This document shows positions 53,531-62,655 of a stretch of DNA of 64,000 nt, piece by piece (the stretch's first letter is position 1; every line of letters begins with the position of its first letter). The stretch covers positions 1 through 64,000 of the forward strand of contig CAVYYZ010000009.1 in NCBI GenBank assembly GCA_963772835.1, given 5' to 3'. Both the position numbers and the translations under genes were made by a program. Under the pieces are notes generated by a model, which made no database searches, had not been told where the DNA came from, and saw nothing but the letters and a program-made list of their open reading frames with translations. The stretch comes from an uncultured delta proteobacterium. GTDB lineage: Bacteria; Desulfobacterota; Desulfuromonadia; Geobacterales; Pseudopelobacteraceae.

Positions 53531-55060
53531 ATGAAAAAGCCGCGTATCGCCGCTATAGATATTGGTTCCAACTCCATTCGCTGCATTATTGCCGAAGCCT
53601 CCAAAGAGGGCACCTTCAAGATACTGGATGATGAGAAGACAACGGTGCGTCTCGGGGAACGGCTTGCAATAACCGGAATAATCTCTGAAGAGGCTTCGAA
53701 TCGGGCTATTGAAGCCATCCGGCGTTTTCAAAAACTCTTGGCCGGACTGAATGTCGAAGCGGTCGAGGCAGTGGCGACCAGCGCAGTCAGAAGCGCAGCC
53801 AACGGCAAGGAGCTGGTTGCATTGCTCTCGAAGGAATTGGGACACCCGATTACGATCATTTCCGGTGAAGAAGAAGCCGAACTGACGTCAACGTCGGCCC
53901 TGGCCAACTTTGATATGTACGGGAAACGCTATGCCATGATCGATATCGGTGGGGGAAGTGTCGAAATCGTTACGGCCTATGGAAACCATGTGGAAGAATT
54001 TTATTCCTTCGACCTTGGTGCGGTTGTCATGACCGACCGTTTTCTGACCAGGGACCCGATTGATGAGAACGAACTGCGCAAACTCCGGGGATATATACGT
54101 GGAAGTCTCAAGCGCGCCTTCGCCGGTAAAAAGATATCCGTTGATACTTTGATCGGCTCGGGCGGGACCCTGACAGCGATCGGTTGCATGGCCATGCAGA
54201 TGCGCAAGGACAACTACGTGTCCATACATGGGTCCGAGGTACTGCATGCTGAAGTTGTCCACCTTCTGGCAATGTTGATCCACAGGGATCTGAAAGGGCG
54301 CCGGACGATTCCGGGGCTTAACCAGGACCGGGCCGACATTATAGTGGCTGGTGTGGTCCTGGTCGATGAACTGATGCGTTTTCTTGACGCCAATCGGATT
54401 CTGGTCAATGAGCGGGGTATCCGCGAGGGTCTTCTTATCGGGGCGATGAAACGACTGGGGATAGCATCCGGAAATAACAATCAGCCGACCTGGAAAGATG
54501 CAATCAAGGATTTTGCCCGTTCCTGCCACGTTGACGAGCAACACGCTGCACACGTGGCAGACATGGCGCTTTCGATTTTTGACTCGTTGGCTCTTCCCTT
54601 CGGACTCAAGACGACTGAGAGAAAACTTCTTGAAGCGGCAGCGATTCTCCACGACAGCGGATATTTCATCAGTTACGGCAGTCATCACAAACATTCATAC
54701 CATCTCATCCGCCACGCCGAGCTGTTCGGTTTCACCCCGCGCGAACGGGAGTTGATAGCACAGATTGCGCGCTATCACCGGAAATCACTCCCCAAACGGA
54801 AACATGCCGCCTTCCAGGGCCTCAAGGAAAAGGATCAAATTGCGGTTGCTCGCATGGGCGGCATTCTGCGTCTGGCTGACGGGCTCGACCGGCGCAGAAT
54901 CGGCCTGGTTCAGAATACTTTCTGCCTGTTTGCCGGCACTACCGTAACAATCCAATTGACAGCAGCAGAAGACATTTCGGTGGAAATTTTTGGAGCCAAC
55001 GCCAAGAAAGATCTTTTTGAAAAAGCCTTCGGCAGTTCGGTTGTCTTTGCGACCTCATGA
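53531..55060 (+). CDS. ppx: Exopolyphosphatase Ppx/GppA with HD domain
   Basis: AAIDIGSNS, ATSAVR.A.N, ISGEEEA, DIGGGSVE, GIREG, LHDSG, HHKHS, LRLADGLD. Confidence 0.95.
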   Translation: MKKPRIAAIDIGSNSIRCIIAEASKEGTFKILDDEKTTVRLGERLAITGIISEEASNRAIEAIRRFQKLLAGLNVEAVEAVATSAVRSAANGKELVALLSKELGHPITIISGEEEAELTSTSALANFDMYGKRYAMIDIGGGSVEIVTAYGNHVEEFYSFDLGAVVMTDRFLTRDPIDENELRKLRGYIRGSLKRAFAGKKISVDTLIGSGGTLTAIGCMAMQMRKDNYVSIHGSEVLHAEVVHLLAMLIHRDLKGRRTIPGLNQDRADIIVAGVVLVDELMRFLDANRILVNERGIREGLLIGAMKRLGIASGNNNQPTWKDAIKDFARSCHVDEQHAAHVADMALSIFDSLALPFGLKTTERKLLEAAAILHDSGYFISYGSHHKHSYHLIRHAELFGFTPRERELIAQIARYHRKSLPKRKHAAFQGLKEKDQIAVARMGGILRLADGLDRRRIGLVQNTFCLFAGTTVTIQLTAAEDISVEIFGANAKKDLFEKAFGSSVVFATS

Positions 55061-55224
55061 TCACATCCTTTTTAGTTCAATTTCTGTATTCACCATCAGA
55101 CTGTCACAATTTCTTTGCCTACATGTAACGCCACCCCTCTTTAAATCCGTGTAACATAGCGTCTGCAATCGGCATCCTGTTATCTGCTCATTATCGCCGT
55201 AATGCTGAGAGAGGTTCTACCTAT

Positions 55225-57951
55225 ATGCATGCAGCAACCAGCAGTAACAGTTTATTGCCTGTCACTAAGCTCTCCCCCGGCAGGATTGCACTGTTGTATT
55301 TGCTTATCGGGATCGTATGGATACTCTGTTCAGACAGTGTAGCCGCATGGTTTGTAAGGGATATGCGCCAGTTTGAACATATTGCTATCATAAAGGGAAT
55401 TCTTTTCATTATCGCAACTGCTTGTTTGATGTATCTGCTGAACCGCTCGTATGCCCGGCAACTACAGCCATTGCAGGAAACATTTCATCTGGCCGAGCAG
55501 GAGATAATAAAACTTGCCTACTACGACCGTGAGACCGGTCTGCCCAACCACAACCTGCTGCTTGACCGGTTGAATCAGGTCATTGCATTCAACAGCCGCA
55601 AACGGAATAATACGGCTGTCATATACATCAGTTTGACCGGTTTCAAGGCTGTTGTTGATGTACGCGGGCATAGTGGCGGGTGCGAGGTGGTAAGCGCCAT
55701 CGCCGAACTTCTGGTTTCAACAGTACGTCACTACGATACGGTCGCCCGCATCCATCGTGATGAATTCGTACTCGTACTGGGTGGATCCGTACTTGAAGCG
55801 GATGTCACCATGATCCTGAACAAGCTGCAGAAGATCTTCTCCTCGCCGATCAAAGTGGGGACAGATGAAACGTTGATTCCTGCCTGTTTCGGTGTTGCCT
55901 GTTTTCCGGCAGACGGTGTGACCAGTGAACTGCTTCTTCAACATGCCCATATTGCCATGAATCAGGCACGCCAGAATGGCGTGACGTTCCAGTATTATTC
56001 AGAAGAGCTCAATCAGAAGGCTGTCGATCGCCTCAGTATTGAGACCGGTCTGCTGCGCGCCCTGGACGATGGCGAATTTTTCCTCTGTTATCAACCCAAG
56101 ATGGACATCAACGGTACGGATATCATCGGCATGGAGGCGCTTGTGCGCTGGCAGCGCCCCGGCCTCGGAGTAGTCCCGCCTGACAGGTTTATACCCGTAG
56201 CGGAAGAGAGCGGCCTGATCGTGCGACTGGGGTCATGGGTATTGCGGGAAGCCTGCCGGCAGAACAGAGCGTGGCAGGAGGCCGGGTTGCCGAAACTCAA
56301 AGTCGCCGTCAATCTCTCCGCCCGCCAGCTTCGGGACAACGCCTTCGTGCCTCTCGTAGTGCAGACCCTCGAAGAGACCGGACTGGATCCTCGCTACCTC
56401 GAATTGGAACTGACCGAAAGTGCGCTGATGGGAGATACCGGCGATACTGTCTGCAAGCTCCTTCGACTGAAAGAGCTGGGCATCAGCATCTCGGTCGATG
56501 ACTTTGGCACCGGTTACTCTTCACTCTCATACCTCAAGCATCTCCCGATTGATACCATCAAGGTTGACCGTTCGTTTGTCCGCGATATTGTTAATGATCC
56601 TGACGATGCGGCGATCGTGGATGCGATTGTTGCCATGGCCCACTCACTTAAGCTGAATGTAATTGCAGAAGGGGTAGAGACGCTTGAACAGCTTGATTTT
56701 CTACGGCAGCGGAACTGTCAGCAGGCCCAGGGGTACTATTTTGCCCGGCCGCTCGATCCTCTGCAGTTTGAAGCGTTTATAGCTCAAGGCATGCCGGTCG
56801 GTGATGTGTCAATTTCCACACCTGATGTGCCTCCCGTTATCACCAGTGTAAGAACAGTGCCCGGCATGAAAGAATTCATTCCACCGGATACCGGAAGCAA
56901 TCAGGAGACCGCAGCACTTACCATCGAGTATATCGGTGACATATCCATCCCGGTCCAGCCTGCACACCCCGGCGACAACCTTGCTGCTGTTCTTAAGCGA
57001 TTTCAAAGTGAGGCAACCCTCCTGGTGCTACCGGTGGTGGATAACGGTCGCGCAGTCGGAATTATCAACCGATCGACCTTTCTGGAAGAGCATGTCATCG
57101 GTATGAACGGTTTCGGCTTCCACATCAATCACTCAAGGAAGATGCGCGACCTGATGGCTCCGGTGATGCTGGCACTCGAAACACATGTCAGCATCAGAGA
57201 CGCTGCCCAGGCAATCCATTCTCAGGAGATGGATGTCCGGGTGGATAATATCTGTGTTACCAGAGGCGGAAACTATCACGGAGTTGTGGATGTCAATCGT
57301 TTCATAAGTGCCATCACAGATATCAATCTGACGCTGGCCAAAGGTGCAAATCCCCTGACCGGAATGCCCGGCAACGAGAGCATTCAGCGCGAAATAAATG
57401 AGCGGCTCAGGATGGGTGAGGGCTTCGACATCGCCTACATCGATATCGACAATTTCAAACCCTACAACGATTATTACGGATTTCAACGGGGGGACGAGGT
57501 TATTAAGGCGATCGGGAAAATCATCTCAGACGTGATCCTTCAGACTGATGACCAGTTTTCCTGCTTTTGCGGACATATTGGCGGTGATGACTTTATCATT
57601 ATTACCGGTGCACACCATGCAGAGTATATTGCATCACAGGTTATCAAAACGCTTGAACAACATTTGCCGCTGTTCCACGGTGAAATTGATTTTCCGGCAG
57701 GATGTTACAGTGCTGTTAACCGCAAGGGTGAACTGGAAACATTCGGTCTGCTCTCGCTTTCAATCGGAATCGTCAATTCACGATTGACCCCGGTTACTTC
57801 GTACGCCCAATTGGCTTCGATTTCCACCGAAGTCAAAAAGGCCGCAAAAAAACTGCCGGGATCATCTGTCGTTATCAATAGAAGGACCCGTGAGGACCAC
57901 GAACTGGCGGGACGGGTTAATAACATTACCGAAGCGGATACACCTGCATGA
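55225..57951 (+). CDS. Membrane-anchored degenerate GGDEF-EAL-CBS-GGDEF protein
   Basis: 2 TM helices; ETGLPN..HRDEF (degenerate); YQPK, EALVRW, DDFGTGYSSL, IKVDRSF, AEGVE, QGY; CBS LPVVDNGRAVGII; ANPLTGMPGN, DIDNFKPYND, GHIGGDDF. Confidence 0.92.
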   Translation: MHAATSSNSLLPVTKLSPGRIALLYLLIGIVWILCSDSVAAWFVRDMRQFEHIAIIKGILFIIATACLMYLLNRSYARQLQPLQETFHLAEQEIIKLAYYDRETGLPNHNLLLDRLNQVIAFNSRKRNNTAVIYISLTGFKAVVDVRGHSGGCEVVSAIAELLVSTVRHYDTVARIHRDEFVLVLGGSVLEADVTMILNKLQKIFSSPIKVGTDETLIPACFGVACFPADGVTSELLLQHAHIAMNQARQNGVTFQYYSEELNQKAVDRLSIETGLLRALDDGEFFLCYQPKMDINGTDIIGMEALVRWQRPGLGVVPPDRFIPVAEESGLIVRLGSWVLREACRQNRAWQEAGLPKLKVAVNLSARQLRDNAFVPLVVQTLEETGLDPRYLELELTESALMGDTGDTVCKLLRLKELGISISVDDFGTGYSSLSYLKHLPIDTIKVDRSFVRDIVNDPDDAAIVDAIVAMAHSLKLNVIAEGVETLEQLDFLRQRNCQQAQGYYFARPLDPLQFEAFIAQGMPVGDVSISTPDVPPVITSVRTVPGMKEFIPPDTGSNQETAALTIEYIGDISIPVQPAHPGDNLAAVLKRFQSEATLLVLPVVDNGRAVGIINRSTFLEEHVIGMNGFGFHINHSRKMRDLMAPVMLALETHVSIRDAAQAIHSQEMDVRVDNICVTRGGNYHGVVDVNRFISAITDINLTLAKGANPLTGMPGNESIQREINERLRMGEGFDIAYIDIDNFKPYNDYYGFQRGDEVIKAIGKIISDVILQTDDQFSCFCGHIGGDDFIIITGAHHAEYIASQVIKTLEQHLPLFHGEIDFPAGCYSAVNRKGELETFGLLSLSIGIVNSRLTPVTSYAQLASISTEVKKAAKKLPGSSVVINRRTREDHELAGRVNNITEADTPA

Positions 57952-58150
57952 CTTCAATTTTAAACTCAGGATCATTATGCAGAATGGCCTCCAATTCGCG
58001 AGCCATTTTTTCACGGAATTGAGGGTCGTTATCTTGGCTCAATTGCAACACCAGTTCCTCCCATTGATGTCTGATAAAAGGTTTTTCCTTGTGAGCATTC
58101 AAGGCTGCCACGGCTGTCTTGATCTGTTGATGACTGTATTCGCCTACCAT
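57926..58150 (-). CDS. Small hypothetical protein (74 aa)
   Basis: ATG at 58150 with GGGAG RBS, 11 nt after the stop of the upstream small gene; helical composition. Confidence 0.55.
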   Translation of the reverse strand: MVGEYSHQQIKTAVAALNAHKEKPFIRHQWEELVLQLSQDNDPQFREKMARELEAILHNDPEFKIEVMQVYPLR

Positions 58151-58161
58151 AATATTCTCCC

Positions 58162-58341
58162 TTATACGCAAGCTTTGCGCCACAAGCAGGTATTCTGCCC
58201 GCAATTTTCTGCCGTGCCGGTTTCAAAACAGACTTCATTGTTTTCGGCCTCCTGGACGGCCCTCACCAGATCGACTTTTTTCAGTTTAGCTGCCTTGATA
58301 TTGTGCTGTTTTGCAATTTGCTTAATTTCTTCCAGCTTCAT
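58162..58341 (-). CDS. Small SAP/Rho-N-like protein with Cys-rich tail (59 aa; absent from ORF track)
   Basis: MKLEEIKQIAKQHNIKAAKLKKVDLVRAVQEAENNEVCFETGTAENCGQNTCLWRKACV*; AGGAGG RBS; directly downstream of ppk1. Confidence 0.8.
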   Translation of the reverse strand: MKLEEIKQIAKQHNIKAAKLKKVDLVRAVQEAENNEVCFETGTAENCGQNTCLWRKACV

Positions 58342-58365
58342 TGTGTCCTCCTTTTTTTTGAGTTC

Positions 58366-60543
58366 CTACTCAGGGTCAGATTGATCCTGACGCAAGTGTT
58401 TTATTTTTTTTCTTTTCCGATACTGCATAACTCTTTTTTCTGCATGCTCAATCAATTGGCAATGGCTACCGCCCGCCGGAATGCCAGAATCCGGCGGAAT
58501 TCTCTGGAGGTAGTTCCCATCCGGCATCATATCCCACGCTGAGCATGTGTCATTCAGGTGGACATTCAGAATAGATCGAATCTCATGAGTAAGTGCCGGA
58601 GTCTCCACCGGACAGAGCACCTCTACCCTGGCTTCAAGATTGCGTTTCATGGCGTCGGCCGAAGAAATGAAATATTCTTCAGACCCGCCGTTTCTGAAAT
58701 AGTAGATTCGTGAATGTTCAAGAAACCGCCCGACAATACTGATGACGCGTATTGTCTCGGATAATCCGGGTATGGCAGGGCGAAGACGGCAGGTATCGCG
58801 CACAATCAGGTCGATGACGACACCGGCTTGAGAAGCCAGATAAAGAGCCTTGACAATGTCCCCATCTTCCAGAGCGTTTATCTTGAACTGAATCAGACCA
58901 CCGCCACTTTCCCGGTGCAGCTCCGTTTCTCGCTCAATTTTTGCCAGTAGCGCTTTTTTAAGAAAACGGGGAGCAGTCAGCAATCGGGAATATTTTCTTC
59001 GGGGTTTAAACCCGGTGGTAAGATAATTGAACAGCTCGGTCACGTCATTGCCAAGTGCCTCACTACAGCTCAGGAACCCGATATCAGTATAGATACGGGC
59101 CGTGTCAGCATGGTAATTGCCGGTCCCTATATGAACATAGCGCCGCAGCGCGTTGAAGTCCCGCCGAACTATCATGATTACCTTGCAATGGGTCTTAAGT
59201 CCGACTACACCGTAGGTGACATGGATACCGGCCTGTTCCATAAGTTCGGCCAGACGTATATTGGCGGCTTCATCGAATCTCGCTTTCAGCTCCACTACCA
59301 CCGCCACCTGTTTTCCGTTTTGGGCAGCCACTATCAGAGCGTCTATGATGCGGCTCTGGCTTGAAGTACGGTAGAGAGTCATCTTGATGCCAAGCACCTT
59401 GGGATCGTCTGCGGCATCTCGTAGAAAACGCTCAACTGAAGATGAAAATGATTCATAGGGATGCTGAAGCAGAATAGATCCGGCATCGCGGATAATGTGA
59501 AAAATATTGCGCGATGATTCCAGAAGCGGATGTACAATCGGATGATGCGGCGGGTCGTGCAGATGCGGATAATCCAACCGGGTCAGCTCGACCATGTCAC
59601 GCATGGCCAACATTCCCGGAGATTCAAAGACATCATCATTTTCATTAATGTTCAATTCCGCTGCAAGTCTCCCCCGTTGAAATGCAGGCATCCCATCAAG
59701 CACTTCCATCCGTACGATGGGTGCAAAGCGCCGCTCCTTCAATTCGGTCTCAATCATTTCCACCAGGTCGTCTGCTTCTTCCTCATCCAACTCCGTATTT
59801 GCGTTGCGTGTTACCCGGAACAGATCACAGCGCATGACCTCCATGCCGGGGAAGAGCATATCAAGATTGCTGCAGAGCAGGTCTTCGAGACATACGAAAC
59901 GGCCTGATTTCTCCGGAATTGGAACGAATCGTGAAGTACCTGCTCCCACCGGCACCTTGACGCGAGCCAACTGCATATCAGATCCTGAATCACTATTCAA
60001 AGTTAGCAGCAGGTTAAGAGACAGATTCGAAATAAAGGGAAACGGATGAGCCGGGTCAATAGACTGGGGTGTCAGTAACGGGTAAATGTTGGTCGCGAAA
60101 TGAATCCGGAGGTTTTTGCGGTCACGAGAGGCCAGATCTTTTATCCGGGAGATGTGAATGCTCTGCCCCTTGAGCAATTCCAGGACCTGCTGCAACAGAT
60201 CAAATTTTCTTTTTTCCAGAAGCCGGATAACTGTGTGACATTCCAATATCTGCCGGTGCGGTGTGAGCCCATCGAGGCTCACATCACGTAAACCGGCGCC
60301 AACCAGCTGTTTGAGTCCGCCAATACGCTTCATAAAGAACTCGTCAAGATTGGCACTGACTATAGCAATGAATTTGAGACGTTCCAGTAGCGGTGTGCGA
60401 TCATCCTCTGCCTCGTGCAGAACGCGACTGTTGAACTCAAGCCAGGTCAGTTCACGGTTAAGATACCAGCATGAATCAGAAAGATTAATCTCTTGGTCAG
60501 ATTTTTTAGCATTTCGTGCTTTTGATGGTGCAGAAGTTGACAT
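58366..60543 (-). CDS. ppk1: Polyphosphate kinase 1
   Basis: NRELTWLEFN.RVL, NLDEFFMKR, HPFPFISNLS, HPYESF, KMTLYRT, ELKARFDE, KTHCK, GTGNY, GRFLEHSR. Confidence 0.97.
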   Translation of the reverse strand: MSTSAPSKARNAKKSDQEINLSDSCWYLNRELTWLEFNSRVLHEAEDDRTPLLERLKFIAIVSANLDEFFMKRIGGLKQLVGAGLRDVSLDGLTPHRQILECHTVIRLLEKRKFDLLQQVLELLKGQSIHISRIKDLASRDRKNLRIHFATNIYPLLTPQSIDPAHPFPFISNLSLNLLLTLNSDSGSDMQLARVKVPVGAGTSRFVPIPEKSGRFVCLEDLLCSNLDMLFPGMEVMRCDLFRVTRNANTELDEEEADDLVEMIETELKERRFAPIVRMEVLDGMPAFQRGRLAAELNINENDDVFESPGMLAMRDMVELTRLDYPHLHDPPHHPIVHPLLESSRNIFHIIRDAGSILLQHPYESFSSSVERFLRDAADDPKVLGIKMTLYRTSSQSRIIDALIVAAQNGKQVAVVVELKARFDEAANIRLAELMEQAGIHVTYGVVGLKTHCKVIMIVRRDFNALRRYVHIGTGNYHADTARIYTDIGFLSCSEALGNDVTELFNYLTTGFKPRRKYSRLLTAPRFLKKALLAKIERETELHRESGGGLIQFKINALEDGDIVKALYLASQAGVVIDLIVRDTCRLRPAIPGLSETIRVISIVGRFLEHSRIYYFRNGGSEEYFISSADAMKRNLEARVEVLCPVETPALTHEIRSILNVHLNDTCSAWDMMPDGNYLQRIPPDSGIPAGGSHCQLIEHAEKRVMQYRKRKKIKHLRQDQSDPE

Positions 60544-60546
60544 TAA

Positions 60547-62487
60547 CTATATCCCGCCAGCAGTGAAATTATTATCTGAATGGAGTGAATCCGTGTACTG
60601 CTGAGAGTCAAGACGCAGAATAGTACTGTACGTTTGACTACTGGCTGGCATTTTATTACGTGTGAAACTGCGCCGAATTCCCGGCAAGTGTGGAAGCAGT
60701 TTCATCCGTTCAGGTGGCAAGCCACGTACTGCCAATTGTTCTCGGGTACCGACAGACGGCACCAGTACCTCTTCCATCTGGCTGTAAAACCAGATCATGT
60801 AGCTCCAGGCTGCTTTCTCAAGAAACTCATCGTTTGTCAGACTGCGCACATACCGGGGAATATCGGCATGATAGGTGCCGGCTATGGGAATATTCATCAT
60901 ACGGGCAATCAGTAGGCCGAGCAACCCCACAGTCCCGGGGGTACTGATATGGATCCGGGTGAAACCTTCTCGCTCGATATAATCCATTACATCCAGAATC
61001 GGAGGAAAATTGAGTTTCAGCTCTGGATATTCCGGCAGCACAAAATCGCCAACGGACGGGAACTTTTTCACCCCTTCAATCGCATCGTCTCCTCCATCGC
61101 CTGCAGTGATTACCGTCAGCTCAACCCCGCGGTTCCGGGCAGCACTGATCAGGCGCTTGATGGTAAGAGCAACACCGTTGATTTCATCCAGCGTGTCGGT
61201 AAACAGGGCAATCTTTTCCGGGACTTCTTTGATATGCATTTCAGGCAGCGCTTTTGTGAGATCCCGTATCAGTTCTTTCCCTTTGTGCTGATGGTGAAAG
61301 GCCAGGTAGTACGGAGAAATAAGGGTGTGAATCAGCCCTATGCTGCCGGCAGTGTTGAGATAATCAAAGAAACCGGCGTTTACAGGCAACGTCATGAGGC
61401 GGTTGGTATAATGGAAAATCAGGCGATTCGCCAGACGACTGGTAACCGCAAAAATCTTGCGGTTACTGTCTGAATCACTGATGCCCGATATGAACTGGCT
61501 GTCACCAAGCAGAAGCCGTGCTTCAGAGTCGAGGATCTCTTCAAAACTTTTTCCCGTATGATTGCGTGAAGCGGGCAGGTTTTTGAGAATAAAAAGGCGG
61601 ATCTTGTCAATGAATGAACCCTTGTCTTCGCCGATGTTGAAAAAGCGGTCAAGAAGAGCACTGACAAAAGGGGTGGCACCGCTCCGACGCTGGCCCAAAC
61701 GCTCCCGGTAGAAACTGTGGGCAATACCGTACAGGCTGTGGGCCATGGTCAGCGGTCCGCCATCCTCGCCATCGGCCCAACTGTCTCCACTCCTGATAGC
61801 ATCAATAAAGCTGTCGATTGTCGGAGTATCATAAACGGTGGTGTGAGCCCTTGCGATGAACAGGCCGCTATGGTCATCCGAACCTCCGACGACACCCTTT
61901 ACCCAGGGAATGCAGCCGTATGGCTGCAGATCATATGTATTGGACAATCGCTCGATGACCGCTTCGTTCAAAGAGGAAACCAGGCGTTTGGTGAAGCCGT
62001 TGAAACGGTGTGCCCGGCATCCGTTCTTGATTTCAAAGGTCGTAAAGAGCAGCAGTGACCGTTCCATGATTTCAAGGTTCAATCTTTCGTTCTGGGCGTA
62101 GAGGGGGTGAGCGAGGAAATGGGTAATCTGTTCCGAATGAAGGTACGCGACCAGTTCGTAGATGTTTTTCCGCAGCGCCATGATCAACTGGAATTGCCCC
62201 TCGGAGATGTGGAGCACCACAACATGCACTTTGCAGCCGTTTTCTGGGAAATGGGCCGTGATCTCGGAGCTGATGAAGGCTTTATCAAGGTGAGCTATCT
62301 CAAGTGCTCCGTTGATGGCGTTGTGGTCGGTAATGGTAACGAAATCCATGCCCCGCTCACGCGCGACCCGGTACAGCTGTTTGGGAGATGTGTAACTCTC
62401 CGGGACACTGAACTTGCGCATGGCCCAGTATGTGGGTTTGTTGGAATGGCTGGAATGAACATGCAAGTCCGCTTTGTATGGGTTCAT
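60547..62487 (-). CDS. PHP-domain / GT4 glycosyltransferase fusion lacking the C-terminal GT domain
   Basis: PHP motifs DLHVHS, TITDHN, HPLY, GGSDDHSG; GT4 N-domain FTDTLDEINGVA, IHISTPG.VG, TYHAD; GT4-like sequence ends after GLPPERMKLLP. Confidence 0.85.
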   Translation of the reverse strand: MNPYKADLHVHSSHSNKPTYWAMRKFSVPESYTSPKQLYRVARERGMDFVTITDHNAINGALEIAHLDKAFISSEITAHFPENGCKVHVVVLHISEGQFQLIMALRKNIYELVAYLHSEQITHFLAHPLYAQNERLNLEIMERSLLLFTTFEIKNGCRAHRFNGFTKRLVSSLNEAVIERLSNTYDLQPYGCIPWVKGVVGGSDDHSGLFIARAHTTVYDTPTIDSFIDAIRSGDSWADGEDGGPLTMAHSLYGIAHSFYRERLGQRRSGATPFVSALLDRFFNIGEDKGSFIDKIRLFILKNLPASRNHTGKSFEEILDSEARLLLGDSQFISGISDSDSNRKIFAVTSRLANRLIFHYTNRLMTLPVNAGFFDYLNTAGSIGLIHTLISPYYLAFHHQHKGKELIRDLTKALPEMHIKEVPEKIALFTDTLDEINGVALTIKRLISAARNRGVELTVITAGDGGDDAIEGVKKFPSVGDFVLPEYPELKLNFPPILDVMDYIEREGFTRIHISTPGTVGLLGLLIARMMNIPIAGTYHADIPRYVRSLTNDEFLEKAAWSYMIWFYSQMEEVLVPSVGTREQLAVRGLPPERMKLLPHLPGIRRSFTRNKMPASSQTYSTILRLDSQQYTDSLHSDNNFTAGGI

Positions 62488-62508
62488 GATTATAAGATAT
62501 ATCATGCT

Positions 62509-62550
62509 AATGTTACAGGAATGTTGAGGTTGTGTAATTGTTGTGTAGAA
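62509..62550 (-). promoter_or_regulatory. Four 11-bp-spaced direct repeats, Pho-box-like (PhoB/OmpR family site)
   Basis: TGT at 62511, 62522, 62533, 62544; minus strand CTACACA/TTACACA/CAACATT/TAACATT. Confidence 0.5.
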
Positions 62551-62655
62551 ATACCGGCTGCGGCGTGCCGGTGTGTGCGCGGGAGCAGAGCAAATGAAGT
62601 TGTGACCATATTGTAACTTGTCAAACTCCTCCCCATGAATCATATGGTTGAACAT

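Noticed and set aside
57340..57900. Hypr GGDEF (c-AMP-GMP synthase) as the partner of the riboswitch
   Set aside because: The specificity position is Asp (QRGDEV), not Ser/Thr; the N-terminal GGDEF lacks catalytic residues
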